DNA of 64,000 nt. It comes from an uncultured Gemmatimonadales bacterium. GTDB lineage: Bacteria; Gemmatimonadota; Gemmatimonadetes; Gemmatimonadales; GWC2-71-9. The DNA lies in the NCBI GenBank assembly GCA_963842945.1, contig CAWJIM010000005.1, positions 1-64,000 on the forward strand, read 5' to 3'. The notes under the pieces are model-generated. The model ran no database searches. It saw only the letters and a program-made list of their open reading frames with translations, and was not told the DNA's origin. Both the position numbers and the translations under genes were made by a program. Below, piece after piece: positions 1 to 9,310 of this stretch. Numbering within the stretch: position 1 is the stretch's first letter; each line of letters begins with the position of its first letter.

Positions 1-109
1 AAGATGCACCAAGATGGCCTGAATCACCGTGGCCAGCTAGATCTAGGGGGTATGAGGGCCGGAGTTAGAGATCGACCGGACGGTTCGCTGTGGGCTGGAT
101 GGCGGGTTC

Positions 110-132
110 GTACCTGACTAGTACCTGAACTC
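110..132 (+). promoter_or_regulatory. Paired arm-type integrase-binding-like direct repeats (GTACCTGA x2, 11-bp period)
   Basis: GTACCTGA at 110 and GTACCTGAACTC at 121. The same pair recurs at 6465/6476, at nearly the same distance (118 vs 116 bp) from the tRNA-fragment repeat. Confidence 0.6.
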
Positions 133-238
133 CGTGGAACTGTCGGCATCTGGGTGAGACTGGACCACCAAGCAAGGCCTGCCAAGTTGTTGCTGAAAGA
201 GCGTTAGTGACTCTCTGTGGTTCTCAATGGATCAGCAC

Positions 239-290
239 CTGACGCCCTGAAAGTCCGCGTGTCGGGGGTTCAATTCCCTCCCTGGCCATT
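239..290 (+). repeat. att-like 52-bp direct repeat, copy 1, containing the 3' half of tRNA-Phe(GAA) (247-288)
   Basis: CTGAAAGTCCGCGTGTCGGGGGTTCAATTCCCTCCCTGGCCA is anticodon loop, T-arm and 3' acceptor strand. There is no 5' half. 51/52 identical to 6592-6643. Confidence 0.9.
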
Positions 291-328
291 CCGCATACTC
301 CATTGACAGCATTGAGTAACAAACAGAC

Positions 329-355
329 GGCCACCGAGTGTTGGTGGCCATTTTT
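329..355 (+). terminator. Intrinsic terminator after the tRNA 3' fragment
   Basis: GGCCACC-7 nt-GGTGGCC followed by ATTTTT. Confidence 0.65.
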
Positions 356-362
356 GTGCTGA

Positions 363-381
363 GTACCTGAAAGTACTGAAC
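363..381 (+). promoter_or_regulatory. Arm-type repeat pair on the island side of the left att
   Basis: GTACCTGA (363) and GTACTGAAC (373), the same motif as at 110/121 and 6465/6476. Confidence 0.5.
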
Positions 382-538
382 GGACTCGCACCCGGTCATC
401 AGGCCTTCCTTAAGTACATTGCCCGAATACACCAGAGAGTCGTCGAGATTAAGTGCAGGTGCACGAATGAGCGGTCCGGCCGAGGGTGATCCGGAATCGG
501 TTTTCTTCTCTGGAAGAGTACGCAAAACTCTGGACGCC

Positions 539-1627
539 TTACCTTCGCGGCCAACGTGCTTGCAGAGCCGCACTTCGCGTTTTGAAGGGAACGATCAGGC
601 TTATTCTCCTCGGGGAAGGCTGTGGGATCGGTCGGCCGAATTGAGACAAAGGTGTCTTGCAAGCACCGTCTGGACACCCGCTTATGTCGGCGCGCCACTG
701 CCGTGACCAGCCAAAAACCGAACTAGAATTCACAGCGAGACGTCTGTACCAGTGTGACTTGGGTGTCCATCTCGGAGAGGCTCCATTGCGGTTTGCCATC
801 TGCGCTGAAAGGGCATCGGCGAACTCACAGGCAGCCTGAAAACGGTCGGCAGGTATCTTAGCCAGCGCTCGACTGAGCACCTGATCAAGGCCCGGGGAAA
901 TCGTTTCGCGGAGGCGACGCACTGAAGGCACTGCTTCCATCAGGCGCCTAGCTAATAATGCCTGGGGTGTGGGTGCCGTGAACGGTGGTTCGCCGGCCAG
1001 CATCTCGTATAGCACGCAGCCCAGCGCATAGAGATCCGAGCGCCCATCGAGATGGCTGTCACCTGTGGCCTGCTCGGGACTCATGTAGGCTGGCGTGCCT
1101 ACGGCAAGTCCTGACTCTGACAGCTCACGAGCCCCATCGCCTCCGAGCACCCTTGCGACGCCAAAGTCAGCCACTAAGGCATGCCCACGGCTCAGGAGGA
1201 TATTCTCGGGCTTCATGTCACGATGGATGACCCCTTGTTGATGAGCGTAGTCAAGAGTATCAGCCACCTCTATGACTATGCGCAGCGCCTCTTCAACACC
1301 CAACTGAACTTGCCGCTGAAGAAGGTCACGAAGGGATCCCCCCTCGATGTAGGGCATTGTGTACCACGGCTGGCCTGCTGTATTGCCGGACTCGAGGACC
1401 GGGAGGATGTGTGGGTGTTGCAGCTGACTAGTAACCCTGACCTCCTGGCAAAAGCGGTGCAACCCCAAAGTCGCTGCGATCGTGGAATGCAGGGCTTTCA
1501 AGGCAACAGGGCGGTCATGCCGGACGTCTCGGGCCAGGTAGACTGCGGCCATTCCACCCCGCCCGATCTCACGTTCGAGCACGTAGCGCGGAGCCAAGCT
1601 GTCAGCAAGGCAAGTAGGCCAACTCAT
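539..1627 (-). CDS. Hanks-type Ser/Thr protein kinase (kinase domain only, short unrecognisable tail)
   Basis: GRGGMAAV, VALK, HRDMKPEN, DFG and GTPAYMSPE motifs; AGGAGA SD upstream of ATG. Confidence 0.92.
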   Translation of the reverse strand: MSWPTCLADSLAPRYVLEREIGRGGMAAVYLARDVRHDRPVALKALHSTIAATLGLHRFCQEVRVTSQLQHPHILPVLESGNTAGQPWYTMPYIEGGSLRDLLQRQVQLGVEEALRIVIEVADTLDYAHQQGVIHRDMKPENILLSRGHALVADFGVARVLGGDGARELSESGLAVGTPAYMSPEQATGDSHLDGRSDLYALGCVLYEMLAGEPPFTAPTPQALLARRLMEAVPSVRRLRETISPGLDQVLSRALAKIPADRFQAACEFADALSAQMANRNGASPRWTPKSHWYRRLAVNSSSVFGWSRQWRADISGCPDGACKTPLSQFGRPIPQPSPRRISLIVPFKTRSAALQARWPRR

Positions 1628-1868
1628 TGAAGATCTCCTGGCGCAGCGCCTGGCCCAGGCGTGATAATTCCGTATCGCCTGTAGCTCATGGGCGATATAT
1701 GACTGAGCGCGAGCTGTGGCCAGTTGTGCGTTACCATTTCTGCCTCAATTCGGGGGTCGCCGTCACACTGAGCCCCAACAAATTCCAGGTTGGCTAGTGC
1801 TTCCATTAGTGAACACGGGCATTCGGTGCACAGGAAGCATAGGGAGGGGGCGTTGTACAGCCGTGGCA

Positions 1869-1897
1869 CTAGCGTGCCGCTAGCGTTCGGTGAGCGT
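1869..1897. promoter_or_regulatory. Three direct heptamer repeats at 11-bp period (CTAGCGT, CTAGCGT, TGAGCGT), SARP-type operator candidate
   Basis: AGCGT at 1871, 1882 and 1893, between the divergent kinase and BTAD genes. Confidence 0.6.
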
Positions 1898-1964
1898 TCT
1901 TCCATGTCTGGTCACAGTCAGGCTAGCTAGTGCGCACTCCACTCTTGCCGCTGGGTTCTGGCCC

Positions 1965-2690
1965 ATGATCGAACTTCGTGTGCTCGGAAGGCTAGAATTA
2001 GCAGGGCCGTCGTTGAGCCACGGGGATAACCTACTGGCACAACCACGACCCACCGCTCTCCTGGTCTACCTCGCGCTAGCTCGTCCTGCCGAGTTCCAGC
2101 GTCGGGACCACTTGGTGGGATTGTTCTGGCCGGAGTCGGACCAGGAGCATGCAAGGAGCAATTTGCGGAAGCTGATTTTCACCCTACGTAGGATGCTCGG
2201 CGATACTGCAATCGAGTCGCGCGGGGACGAGGAGATCCGCTTGTCGCCGAATGCACTGTGGTGTGATGCTGCGGAGTACGCCCATGCCGTTCGAGTTAGC
2301 CGATTGTCAAGAGCGATTGAACTCTATCGAGGCCCGCTACTCCTCGGATTCTTCGTCCCTGCAGCGGCACCGTTTCAAGAATGGCTGGAGCTGACCCGGC
2401 GCAACTTCAGCCGAGAGGCTGTGAAGGCGGCGCTCAAACTCGCAGAAGAACATGTCAGTAGGAAGGAGCGTACCGAGGTCGGCGATCTCGTGCAGTTCGT
2501 TCGACAACTCGAGGCGGAATTGCAGGATGAACACCAGCTCCGGAAATTAATCGACCTTCTCGAGCAGATCGGAGATCGAGCGAGCGCTCTTAGTCTCTAC
2601 GAAAGCTTCCGCGCGCGACTGTGGCGGGAGTATCGGGCCCTCCCATCACAGGAGACGCGCAAGCTCGTGGAGCACATTCGCACTCTGTGA
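1965..2690 (+). CDS. AfsR/SARP-family (wHTH + BTAD) transcriptional activator
   Basis: MIELRVLG...LLVYLAL...RDHLVGLFWPESDQEHARSNLR...AIELYRGPLL.GF...PSQETR. Likely start is ATG 1965. Confidence 0.9.
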   Translation: MIELRVLGRLELAGPSLSHGDNLLAQPRPTALLVYLALARPAEFQRRDHLVGLFWPESDQEHARSNLRKLIFTLRRMLGDTAIESRGDEEIRLSPNALWCDAAEYAHAVRVSRLSRAIELYRGPLLLGFFVPAAAPFQEWLELTRRNFSREAVKAALKLAEEHVSRKERTEVGDLVQFVRQLEAELQDEHQLRKLIDLLEQIGDRASALSLYESFRARLWREYRALPSQETRKLVEHIRTL

Positions 2691-2723
2691 ATCTTCCGCT
2701 ATTAGAGAGATCAGCGACTTATC

Positions 2724-5361
2724 CTATGCCGACGAGGCGATTGGTCGCGAAAATTCCGTAGTGTCGGAAGAAATGGGAAGACGCTTTAATCGTAAGAGTA
2801 AGGCTTCGGCGCTGGTTGGGCGAGCCAAAGGATCAGCCGAGAGCGCCTGTCTGAGAAAGGTGGCTACACTGGGGTGAACACTGGGGGCGAACTCCCGCAC
2901 ATCGGGGATCGCGGCCTCCATTATTCGTGTTCGGGTGTGTGCTAGGGACTCCCCGAGCAGTGGATTGACCCCTGCAATGGTCTCATAGAGCACGAGGCAC
3001 AGACTCCATAGGTCCAAGGCAGGGGTTGGCTCCTCTCCGCGTAATGCTTCCGGTGACATGTAGAGAACGGTGCCATGTACCAAAGTGGGTCCTAAGGTCG
3101 CAAGTGAGGCACTTTGAGTTAGTACGCTTCCCGACAGCCACGACTTGCGCCCCTCGAGCTCATTGATCGGGGACCCAGATCGTGAGGCGTTCATGATCCT
3201 GGCAAGCCCGAAATCCAATAGCTTCGGTGTGCCGTGTTCAGTGAATCCGATGTTGCTCGGCTTAATATCACGGTGGAGGACTCCAGCTCCATGAATGGCG
3301 CGCACGGCACCACCAATAGCTAAGACTAGGCCGAGTGCTTCGCAAACCGTGAGCGGTCCTGAGATGAGACGAGTGGTCAAGGTGCCACCGGATAAGTACT
3401 CCACGAGCAGCGCGGGCTGGCCGCGCCATGTCTCAGCGCCAAAGATTAGCGCTAGATTGGGATGCGACACTCGCGCCATCATGCGTGCTTCTCGCCTGAG
3501 GCGCACCGCCTCCTCAGGCGACACATAGGGAAGTGTCTTAATGGCAACTCTTCGCTCTAAGTGGACATCTAGACCTCTGTAGACCACCCCCATTCCCCCA
3601 GTCCCAATCCGCTGCTCCACGAGGAGTTTGCCTCCGAACATCTGAGGGAGCAGGCATTCCTGAATCCGGCCACCGCAGATTTCGCAGCTCGGCGTAGCCG
3701 AGGGATGTACTACTCCGCAACTAATACACTCGACTGCTTTAGCTTCGGTAAACGGCTGGCCAACAGAGTCGACGTTTCGCTGCTCTCGGCGAGCGCGGAA
3801 CTCATGATAGGCTATGGACATCTCCGCCGCTGATCCTACAGCAGTTAGCAACCACCAATCCTCTCTTGAGTAGGGCAGCTCACTTCTCTTCTCGCCGAGG
3901 GCCAGAACTCCAATCAGAGTCAGCTGAGGGTCACGGAGAGGTAGCAGGTAACGAAAACCTCCGTCGGCAAGCCAGTGCTTATCGCCGACTGGTAGACTGT
4001 AGGCGACGGAGCCTGAAACCCCGAGATCGTAATCGAGCGGCTCGTCGGCCTGCCGCAGAGCAGCGACGATCTCCGAGTCGGCACTCAGAGGTCTAATGCA
4101 ACCAACTATCGATGCGAGGGTCTGTCCCTCATTGTCCAGCAGGAGTAATGCTACACCCTGGAGATGGAGAGCCCTATCGATCTCGCCCTCGACTACCTCG
4201 ATCAGCGCACGCTCGTTGGTTACCCAACGACATTTGTCGACCAGAGCGCCGAGAGTCTGTCGCGCATCGTACTGCTCCCGAAAGAAGAGCCGATCAATTC
4301 GCTCGAGGACGCCGCGCCGACTACGCAATATGATCATGCCGGCAACGGCGAGGGCAAATAGCAAACCGCTCCTCCACGTGAAGAGCACAACATCTGTTGT
4401 CTCGTGCCTGCCTGGGTAGACACTCGCACCTAGGAGAACCATTGGAACTGCTGCCATGGCTATGACCGAGTAGCGAGCCAGTGCATACTGGAGGGCCTGT
4501 CGTACCACCCAGCGGACATCGAGCGCCCTGCGTGCCACGACAGCATAGGCAATGAGGACCGGACTTGATAGGAACGCCGGATAGATCACCCAGCCGGCGG
4601 CGCCGCAGGGGTAGGACATCCTCCATCTGCGGTATGAGGCTCCAGAGCGTTGCCCATATGACCATCGGACTCGTGCCCAGCACCAAGCCCCACAACAAGA
4701 GTGATGCCCGCCGGCGCTCCTCTAGCGGTGCGCGTTGGGTCTTCCTGACGAGAAAGGCAAACGCTGCAACTGAGAGTATGTACTGCGACGGCCAATAGAT
4801 AGACCGCGTATTGTGTCGAGAGAAGTGGAACAGAAATTCGGTGACAAAGTGCGTGTTCGAGATGAGTGAAAGGATGAGAGCAGCTAGATTCGCGAGAAAT
4901 AGAAGCAGCCCAAGGAACAGGCTCAGTGTGATCACCCCACGCAACCAACCTCCTGGCCTAATTGCTGGGGCGCTCGGGAACTCGTAGACAAAGAGCCAAA
5001 TGAAGTACGGCGTGAAGGCGTCGACCTGGAGCGAAAAAAGTGTCTGCAGGGGAAGGTGGGCCAATGAGTCGACAACATCGAAAGGCGTTATCAGCCGATC
5101 GGCAAAGAGCGCGGCGACGAGCAGAAGCAGGCCACCAAGCAATTCTGCCCGGAGATCCCGGTGGCTACCGAGTCTCAGGAATAGTCCGACGCCTGCGAAA
5201 ACCAAGACGTGGACCAGCATGAGAGCATAACGCGAAGTCAGCGACGCTGACGACAAGGCCATCATTACACATGCTGCCCCCAATCCGAGCGCGACCTTCA
5301 AAATTGCAATGGTCGTCACTACCCGGACAATCTGTGCGGAAAGCCTTGCACGTACTTCCAT
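2724..5361 (-). CDS. Multi-TM membrane Ser/Thr kinase with GAF-like domain and CxxC..CxxC Zn ribbon (frameshifted near 4600)
   Basis: The hydrophobic N-terminal ORF (4321-5361) joins ORF 2724-4619 at ...VLPLR/AGWVIYP. The C-terminal part has LIGVLALGEKRSELPYS (GAF-like), CISC...CEIC, GTGGMG, HRDIKPSN, DFG and YMSPE. Confidence 0.85.
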
Positions 5362-5379
5362 CCAGATCGAATCCTTGGT

Positions 5380-5808
5380 CTAAACCGTCACTGTCCAGTA
5401 CATGGGTCCGCAAGCCGGAGTCAGGAATACTTGCTCCCCGAGTCGGCGGTTCAGATCCTCCACGACCTTTCTGCACTCGTTGCGAATATCCTCCCGGTGC
5501 ATAACTGTGATAGTTGCCGTCCTTATGGTCGGTTTATCAAGCTCTCGAGTTGGATTTCCCGTGTCCTTCGATTCTCTTCGCGCCTCGGCGGCAATCTCTT
5601 TTGCTACGCGGTCGAGGATAAATCGCTGGAAGTCTACGAACTCCGGTTCGTTCCATACGTCACGTTTGTGTACTCCCTTTTCTAGGAAATCCCCGAGGCT
5701 TTGGTTGAAGATCTCCTGAAAGCCTCTGCGCGCGGCCCGTTGCATGCGGATACCCTCTGCGGTGAGTACGTAAAAGATGTCAACGAGGGCGTCGTTCGGG
5801 TTGACCAT
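5380..5808 (-). CDS. Hypothetical 142-aa helical protein, possibly histone-fold-like
   Basis: Strong SD (AAGGAGA); ends 18 bp before the kinase start; amphipathic helices. The fold assignment is inference only. Confidence 0.8.
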   Translation of the reverse strand: MVNPNDALVDIFYVLTAEGIRMQRAARRGFQEIFNQSLGDFLEKGVHKRDVWNEPEFVDFQRFILDRVAKEIAAEARRESKDTGNPTRELDKPTIRTATITVMHREDIRNECRKVVEDLNRRLGEQVFLTPACGPMYWTVTV

Positions 5809-6464
5809 GGTCTATCTCCTTAGGAGAACAGGTTCCAAGAAAGGTTGAAGCAGACTTGGACCACAGTCTGAGCTCGGCCAGATAACCGAGAGACGGTCGT
5901 GCAGGGCGGCTTAGCGGGATCCAGTTCTATGAGGGCTGTTCTATGGTATAGCGGTATTACGGCAACGGCTAGGGTCCTGGATCTAAGTGAGATCATCTAT
6001 TTGGGTAGCACAAGGACTGGTGCTTTGTGCCTCACCGAACATTGGCCATGGGTACACGCTGGCTCTGCCGCAACCCCGGACAGGCGGCTAGCGCTCCCGC
6101 TTACGAGATGTCTATAGGTGTAGGCCGACATGCCGCAACACAACGCATGGCCAAACTCAGGCGGAGAGCTGGAGAGTGACTCTGGATCAGGAAGAGTGCT
6201 GGTTGCCAAAAAATCTGCCTTCGGTACATTCGTGCCGCCGAACCAGAGGCAACGAGGGTTGCCACGCGGAGGTTCCCGTAGGAGGCTGATCGCGTTGGCT
6301 TCAGGTTGATCCTTGGTTGCGCTAGGGGGGACAGAGGGCAGATGGGCGGCCAACAGACCTGCGCTCAGAGGGTGCGTTTACAATCGGTCCCTAGTGGAGG
6401 AGACTGCGAGTCTCTCGGTGAAGATCAGCCGAACCCCAACCGGTGGAAGACTCTCTCAAAGTTG

Positions 6465-6487
6465 GTACCTGGGTAGTACCTGAACTC
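6465..6487 (+). promoter_or_regulatory. Arm-type repeat pair upstream of the right att
   Basis: GTACCTG (6465) and GTACCTGAACTC (6476), 11-bp period. Confidence 0.6.
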
Positions 6488-6591
6488 AGCATTCCTGGAC
6501 CGTTCTGGCCGGTGCTGCGACGTCCGAGAGAGCGACATAGATCCGCACTGGAAGGCGACTAGCGGTTCCCCGGCTCTCAGCTGAGCGGTCT

Positions 6592-6643
6592 CTGACGCCC
6601 TGAAAATCCGCGTGTCGGGGGTTCAATTCCCTCCCTGGCCATT
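6592..6643 (+). repeat. att-like direct repeat, copy 2, containing the tRNA-Phe(GAA) 3' half (6600-6641)
   Basis: CTGAAAATCCGCGTGTCGGGGGTTCAATTCCCTCCCTGGCCA. The upstream bases cannot form the 5' anticodon stem or D-arm. Confidence 0.9.
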
Positions 6644-6732
6644 GCAGTGCCTCACAGCGTCTGTCCCGATTAGCAAATCTCCACTCGACGCCTAGCGCGC
6701 AGCCATCATGGGTCGCATGTTACGTGCGGCCC

Positions 6733-6870
6733 ATGGCCGACCCCTTCCCTAAGCTCACCATCGCCCTGTCTGACCGTTACCGCATCGAGCGCGAGCTCGG
6801 CGCGGGCGGCATGGCGACGTGTACCTCGCGCACGACCGCAAGCATGCCATTAAGGTGCTCCGCGGTGAGC
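6733..6870 (+). pseudogene. Remnant of a Ser/Thr kinase N-terminus
   Basis: MADP...LSDRYRIERELGAGGMAT, a frameshift, then YLAHDRKH-AIKVLR; similarity stops there. Confidence 0.8.
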
Positions 6871-7051
6871 CGCGGGGCGGGCAGCGACCCCCCGCACGAG
6901 GCGCTCATGCTCGATTCGGTCGGGCTCGTGCTGCTGGTGGTCCTGGTGACCCTGCCTCCCGCCGAGCTGGGTGCGATAGGCTCGGCGACAGACGAGACAG
7001 CCGTCTGCAAGCGTAGCAACAGGCGAGGTCATAATCGTAAGGTGGTGAGCG

Positions 7052-8116
7052 ATGAAAACGATCAAGGGTCCTGCAATATTTCTGGCTCAGTTCGCCGGCG
7101 ACGAAGCGCCGTTCGACAATCTGGACAACATAGCCGCCTGGGCCGCAGGCCTCGGCTTCAAGGGCGTGCAGATACCGAGCTGGGATAGCCGTCTGTTCGA
7201 TCTGCAACAGGCTTCGGAAAGCAAGTCGTATTGCGAGGACATTGCCGGGACATTGGACCGGCACGGTCTCGTCGTGACGGAGCTGTCGACGCACCTGCAG
7301 GGCCAGCTCGTGGCCGTGCACCCCGCCTATGACGAGCTGTTCGATCCCTTCGCCCCGCCCGAGGTGCGCGGCAACCCGCAGGCTCGCCAGGGCTGGGCTG
7401 TCCAACAGCTGCACGACGCCGCGAAAGCATCGTGGCATCTCGGGCTGACGAATCACGCAACGTTCTCGGGCGCTCTTGCCTGGCCCTACTTCTATCCCTG
7501 GCCGCAGCGCCCAGCTGGCCTAGTCGAAACGGCGTTCGATGTGCTCGCACAACGCTGGCGGCCGATACTCGATGCGTTCGACGAAGCCGGCGTCAACCTC
7601 TGTTTCGAGATTCATCCCGGCGAAGACCTGCACGACGGCGTGACCTTCGAGATGTTTCTCGAGCGCGTCGGCAATCACCCGCGCTGCCAGATGCTGTTCG
7701 ACCCCAGCCACCACGTATTGCAGGCGCTGGACTATCTCGATCACATCGACATCTATCACGATCGCATCAAGATGTTCCACGTCAAGGATGCCGAACTCAA
7801 TCCAACGGGACGGCAAGGGGTTTACGGCGGTTATCAAAGCTGGATCGACCGCGCGGGACGTTTCCGCTCGCTGGGAGACGGTCAGGTGGATTTCGCCGGC
7901 ATTTTCTCCAAGCTCGCGCAGTACGATTTCGAAGGCTGGGCCGTGCTCGAATGGGAGTGCTGCCTGAAGCATCCCGAGGACGGCGCGCGCGAAGGCGCGG
8001 AGTTCATCGCCGATCACATCATTCGCGTTACCGAGCGGGCATTCGACGATTTCGCCGCCGCCGCTATCGACGATGCCGCCAATCGCTCGCTGCTCGGCAT
8101 CTCGGGCCGCGATTGA
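7052..8116 (+). CDS. Sugar phosphate isomerase/epimerase (xylose isomerase-like TIM barrel)
   Basis: MKTIKGPAIFLAQF start; FEIHP, FDPSH, FHVKDAE and VLEWE metal-binding motifs. Confidence 0.92.
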   Translation: MKTIKGPAIFLAQFAGDEAPFDNLDNIAAWAAGLGFKGVQIPSWDSRLFDLQQASESKSYCEDIAGTLDRHGLVVTELSTHLQGQLVAVHPAYDELFDPFAPPEVRGNPQARQGWAVQQLHDAAKASWHLGLTNHATFSGALAWPYFYPWPQRPAGLVETAFDVLAQRWRPILDAFDEAGVNLCFEIHPGEDLHDGVTFEMFLERVGNHPRCQMLFDPSHHVLQALDYLDHIDIYHDRIKMFHVKDAELNPTGRQGVYGGYQSWIDRAGRFRSLGDGQVDFAGIFSKLAQYDFEGWAVLEWECCLKHPEDGAREGAEFIADHIIRVTERAFDDFAAAAIDDAANRSLLGISGRD

Positions 8117-9267
8117 TGACGGTGGCGGCAAGGCCGATTCGACTCGGCATGGTCGGCGGCGGGCAAGGCGCCTTCATCGGCGCCGTGCACCGCATGGCCG
8201 CGCGCCTCGACGGGCATTATGACTTCTGCGCCGGCGCGCTCTCCTCCGATCCCGAGCGCGCCGTCGCCTCGGCGCGCGAGCTCGGGCTGGCGGAAGATCG
8301 TTCATACGCGAGCTACCCAGACATGATCGCCGGCGAAGCCGTCAGGGACGACGGCGTCGAAGCCATCGCTATCGTCACGCCCAACCACATGCACTTTCCG
8401 GTGGCGAAGGCGTGCCTCGAAAGCGGGTTCCACGTGATCTGCGACAAGCCGATGACACGCACGGTCGACGAGGCGCGCGAACTCAGGAGGGTTGCCGAAG
8501 CCAGCGGGCGCATTCTGGCGGTGACGTACAACTACTCCGGATACCCGATGATCCGTCAGGCGCGGCAGATGGTCCAGGACGGCGCCTTAGGCCGGATCCG
8601 CGTGGTGCAGGGCGAATACGCCCAGGAGTGGCTCAGCGAGAAGCTCGAGGACGCCGGCCACAAACAGGCGGTGTGGCGCACCGATCCGGCACGATCAGGC
8701 CCAGGGGGCTCGGTCGGCGATATCGGTACCCACGTATATCACCTCATGTCGTTCGTCACCGGCCTCGAAGCCAATGCCATCTGCGCGGATCTTGCAACGT
8801 TCGTCGGGCAGCGCAAGCTTGATGATAACGCCCATCTGCTGCTGCGCTTCAAAGGCGGCGCGAAGGGAATGATCTGGGCAAGCCAGGTCGCCGTCGGCTG
8901 CGAAAACGGTCTGCAACTGCGCGTATTCGGTGACAAAGGGGGCATCGTGTGGCGGCAGGAGAACCCCAACGAGCTGATGTTCTCGCTGCTGGGCGAAGCA
9001 CCCAGGAGAATTACCCGCGGCGGGCACGGCGCCGGCGACGCCGCGGCCAGGGTAACCCGGATTCCAGCCGGACATCCGGAAGGGTACATCGAGGGATTCG
9101 CGAATATTTACACCGAGATTGCCGCGGCGATTCGCGCGGCCCGGGACGGCAGTCAGCCAGATGTAAACGTCAGTTATCCAACCGCAACCGACGGTGAAAG
9201 AGGCGTGGCATTTGTCGACGCCGCGGTACGGTCGAGTGCGGCCGGCGCGAGTTGGGTCGAGATCTAG
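8116..9267 (+). CDS. Gfo/Idh/MocA family oxidoreductase
   Basis: RLGMVGGGQGAFIGAVH, VICDKP, GDIGTH and PAGHPEGY motifs; TGATG coupling with the upstream gene. Confidence 0.93.
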   Translation: MTVAARPIRLGMVGGGQGAFIGAVHRMAARLDGHYDFCAGALSSDPERAVASARELGLAEDRSYASYPDMIAGEAVRDDGVEAIAIVTPNHMHFPVAKACLESGFHVICDKPMTRTVDEARELRRVAEASGRILAVTYNYSGYPMIRQARQMVQDGALGRIRVVQGEYAQEWLSEKLEDAGHKQAVWRTDPARSGPGGSVGDIGTHVYHLMSFVTGLEANAICADLATFVGQRKLDDNAHLLLRFKGGAKGMIWASQVAVGCENGLQLRVFGDKGGIVWRQENPNELMFSLLGEAPRRITRGGHGAGDAAARVTRIPAGHPEGYIEGFANIYTEIAAAIRAARDGSQPDVNVSYPTATDGERGVAFVDAAVRSSAAGASWVEI

Positions 9268-9310
9268 TCGGTACCAGCAGCCACGTCCTTTCCCTTCATG
9301 GGAGCGGATC

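Larger units (their letters stand above)
239..6643. mobile_element. tRNA-Phe-targeted genomic island (no integrase visible inside), probably the distal member of a tandem array
   Basis: Flanking 52-bp direct repeats, arm-like repeats, a terminator after the left repeat, and visibly more AT-rich codon usage than the rest of the window. Confidence 0.8.

Noticed and set aside
200..290. Complete tRNA-Phe gene (also at 6550-6643)
   Set aside because: Neither copy has a 5' acceptor strand, D-arm or 5' anticodon stem; both are att-type fragments.
390..706. Integrase remnant next to the left att
   Set aside because: No tyrosine or serine recombinase motifs are recognisable in the short ORFs here.
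5830..6460. Coding gene or ncRNA in the island's right end
   Set aside because: Only short ORFs without SD or motifs, a small GTTCTATG repeat and weak hairpins; nothing supportable.
7432..8115. N-terminal extension of the 611-aa ORF
   Set aside because: Overlaps the isomerase gene in another frame; the real start is the coupled ATG at 8116.
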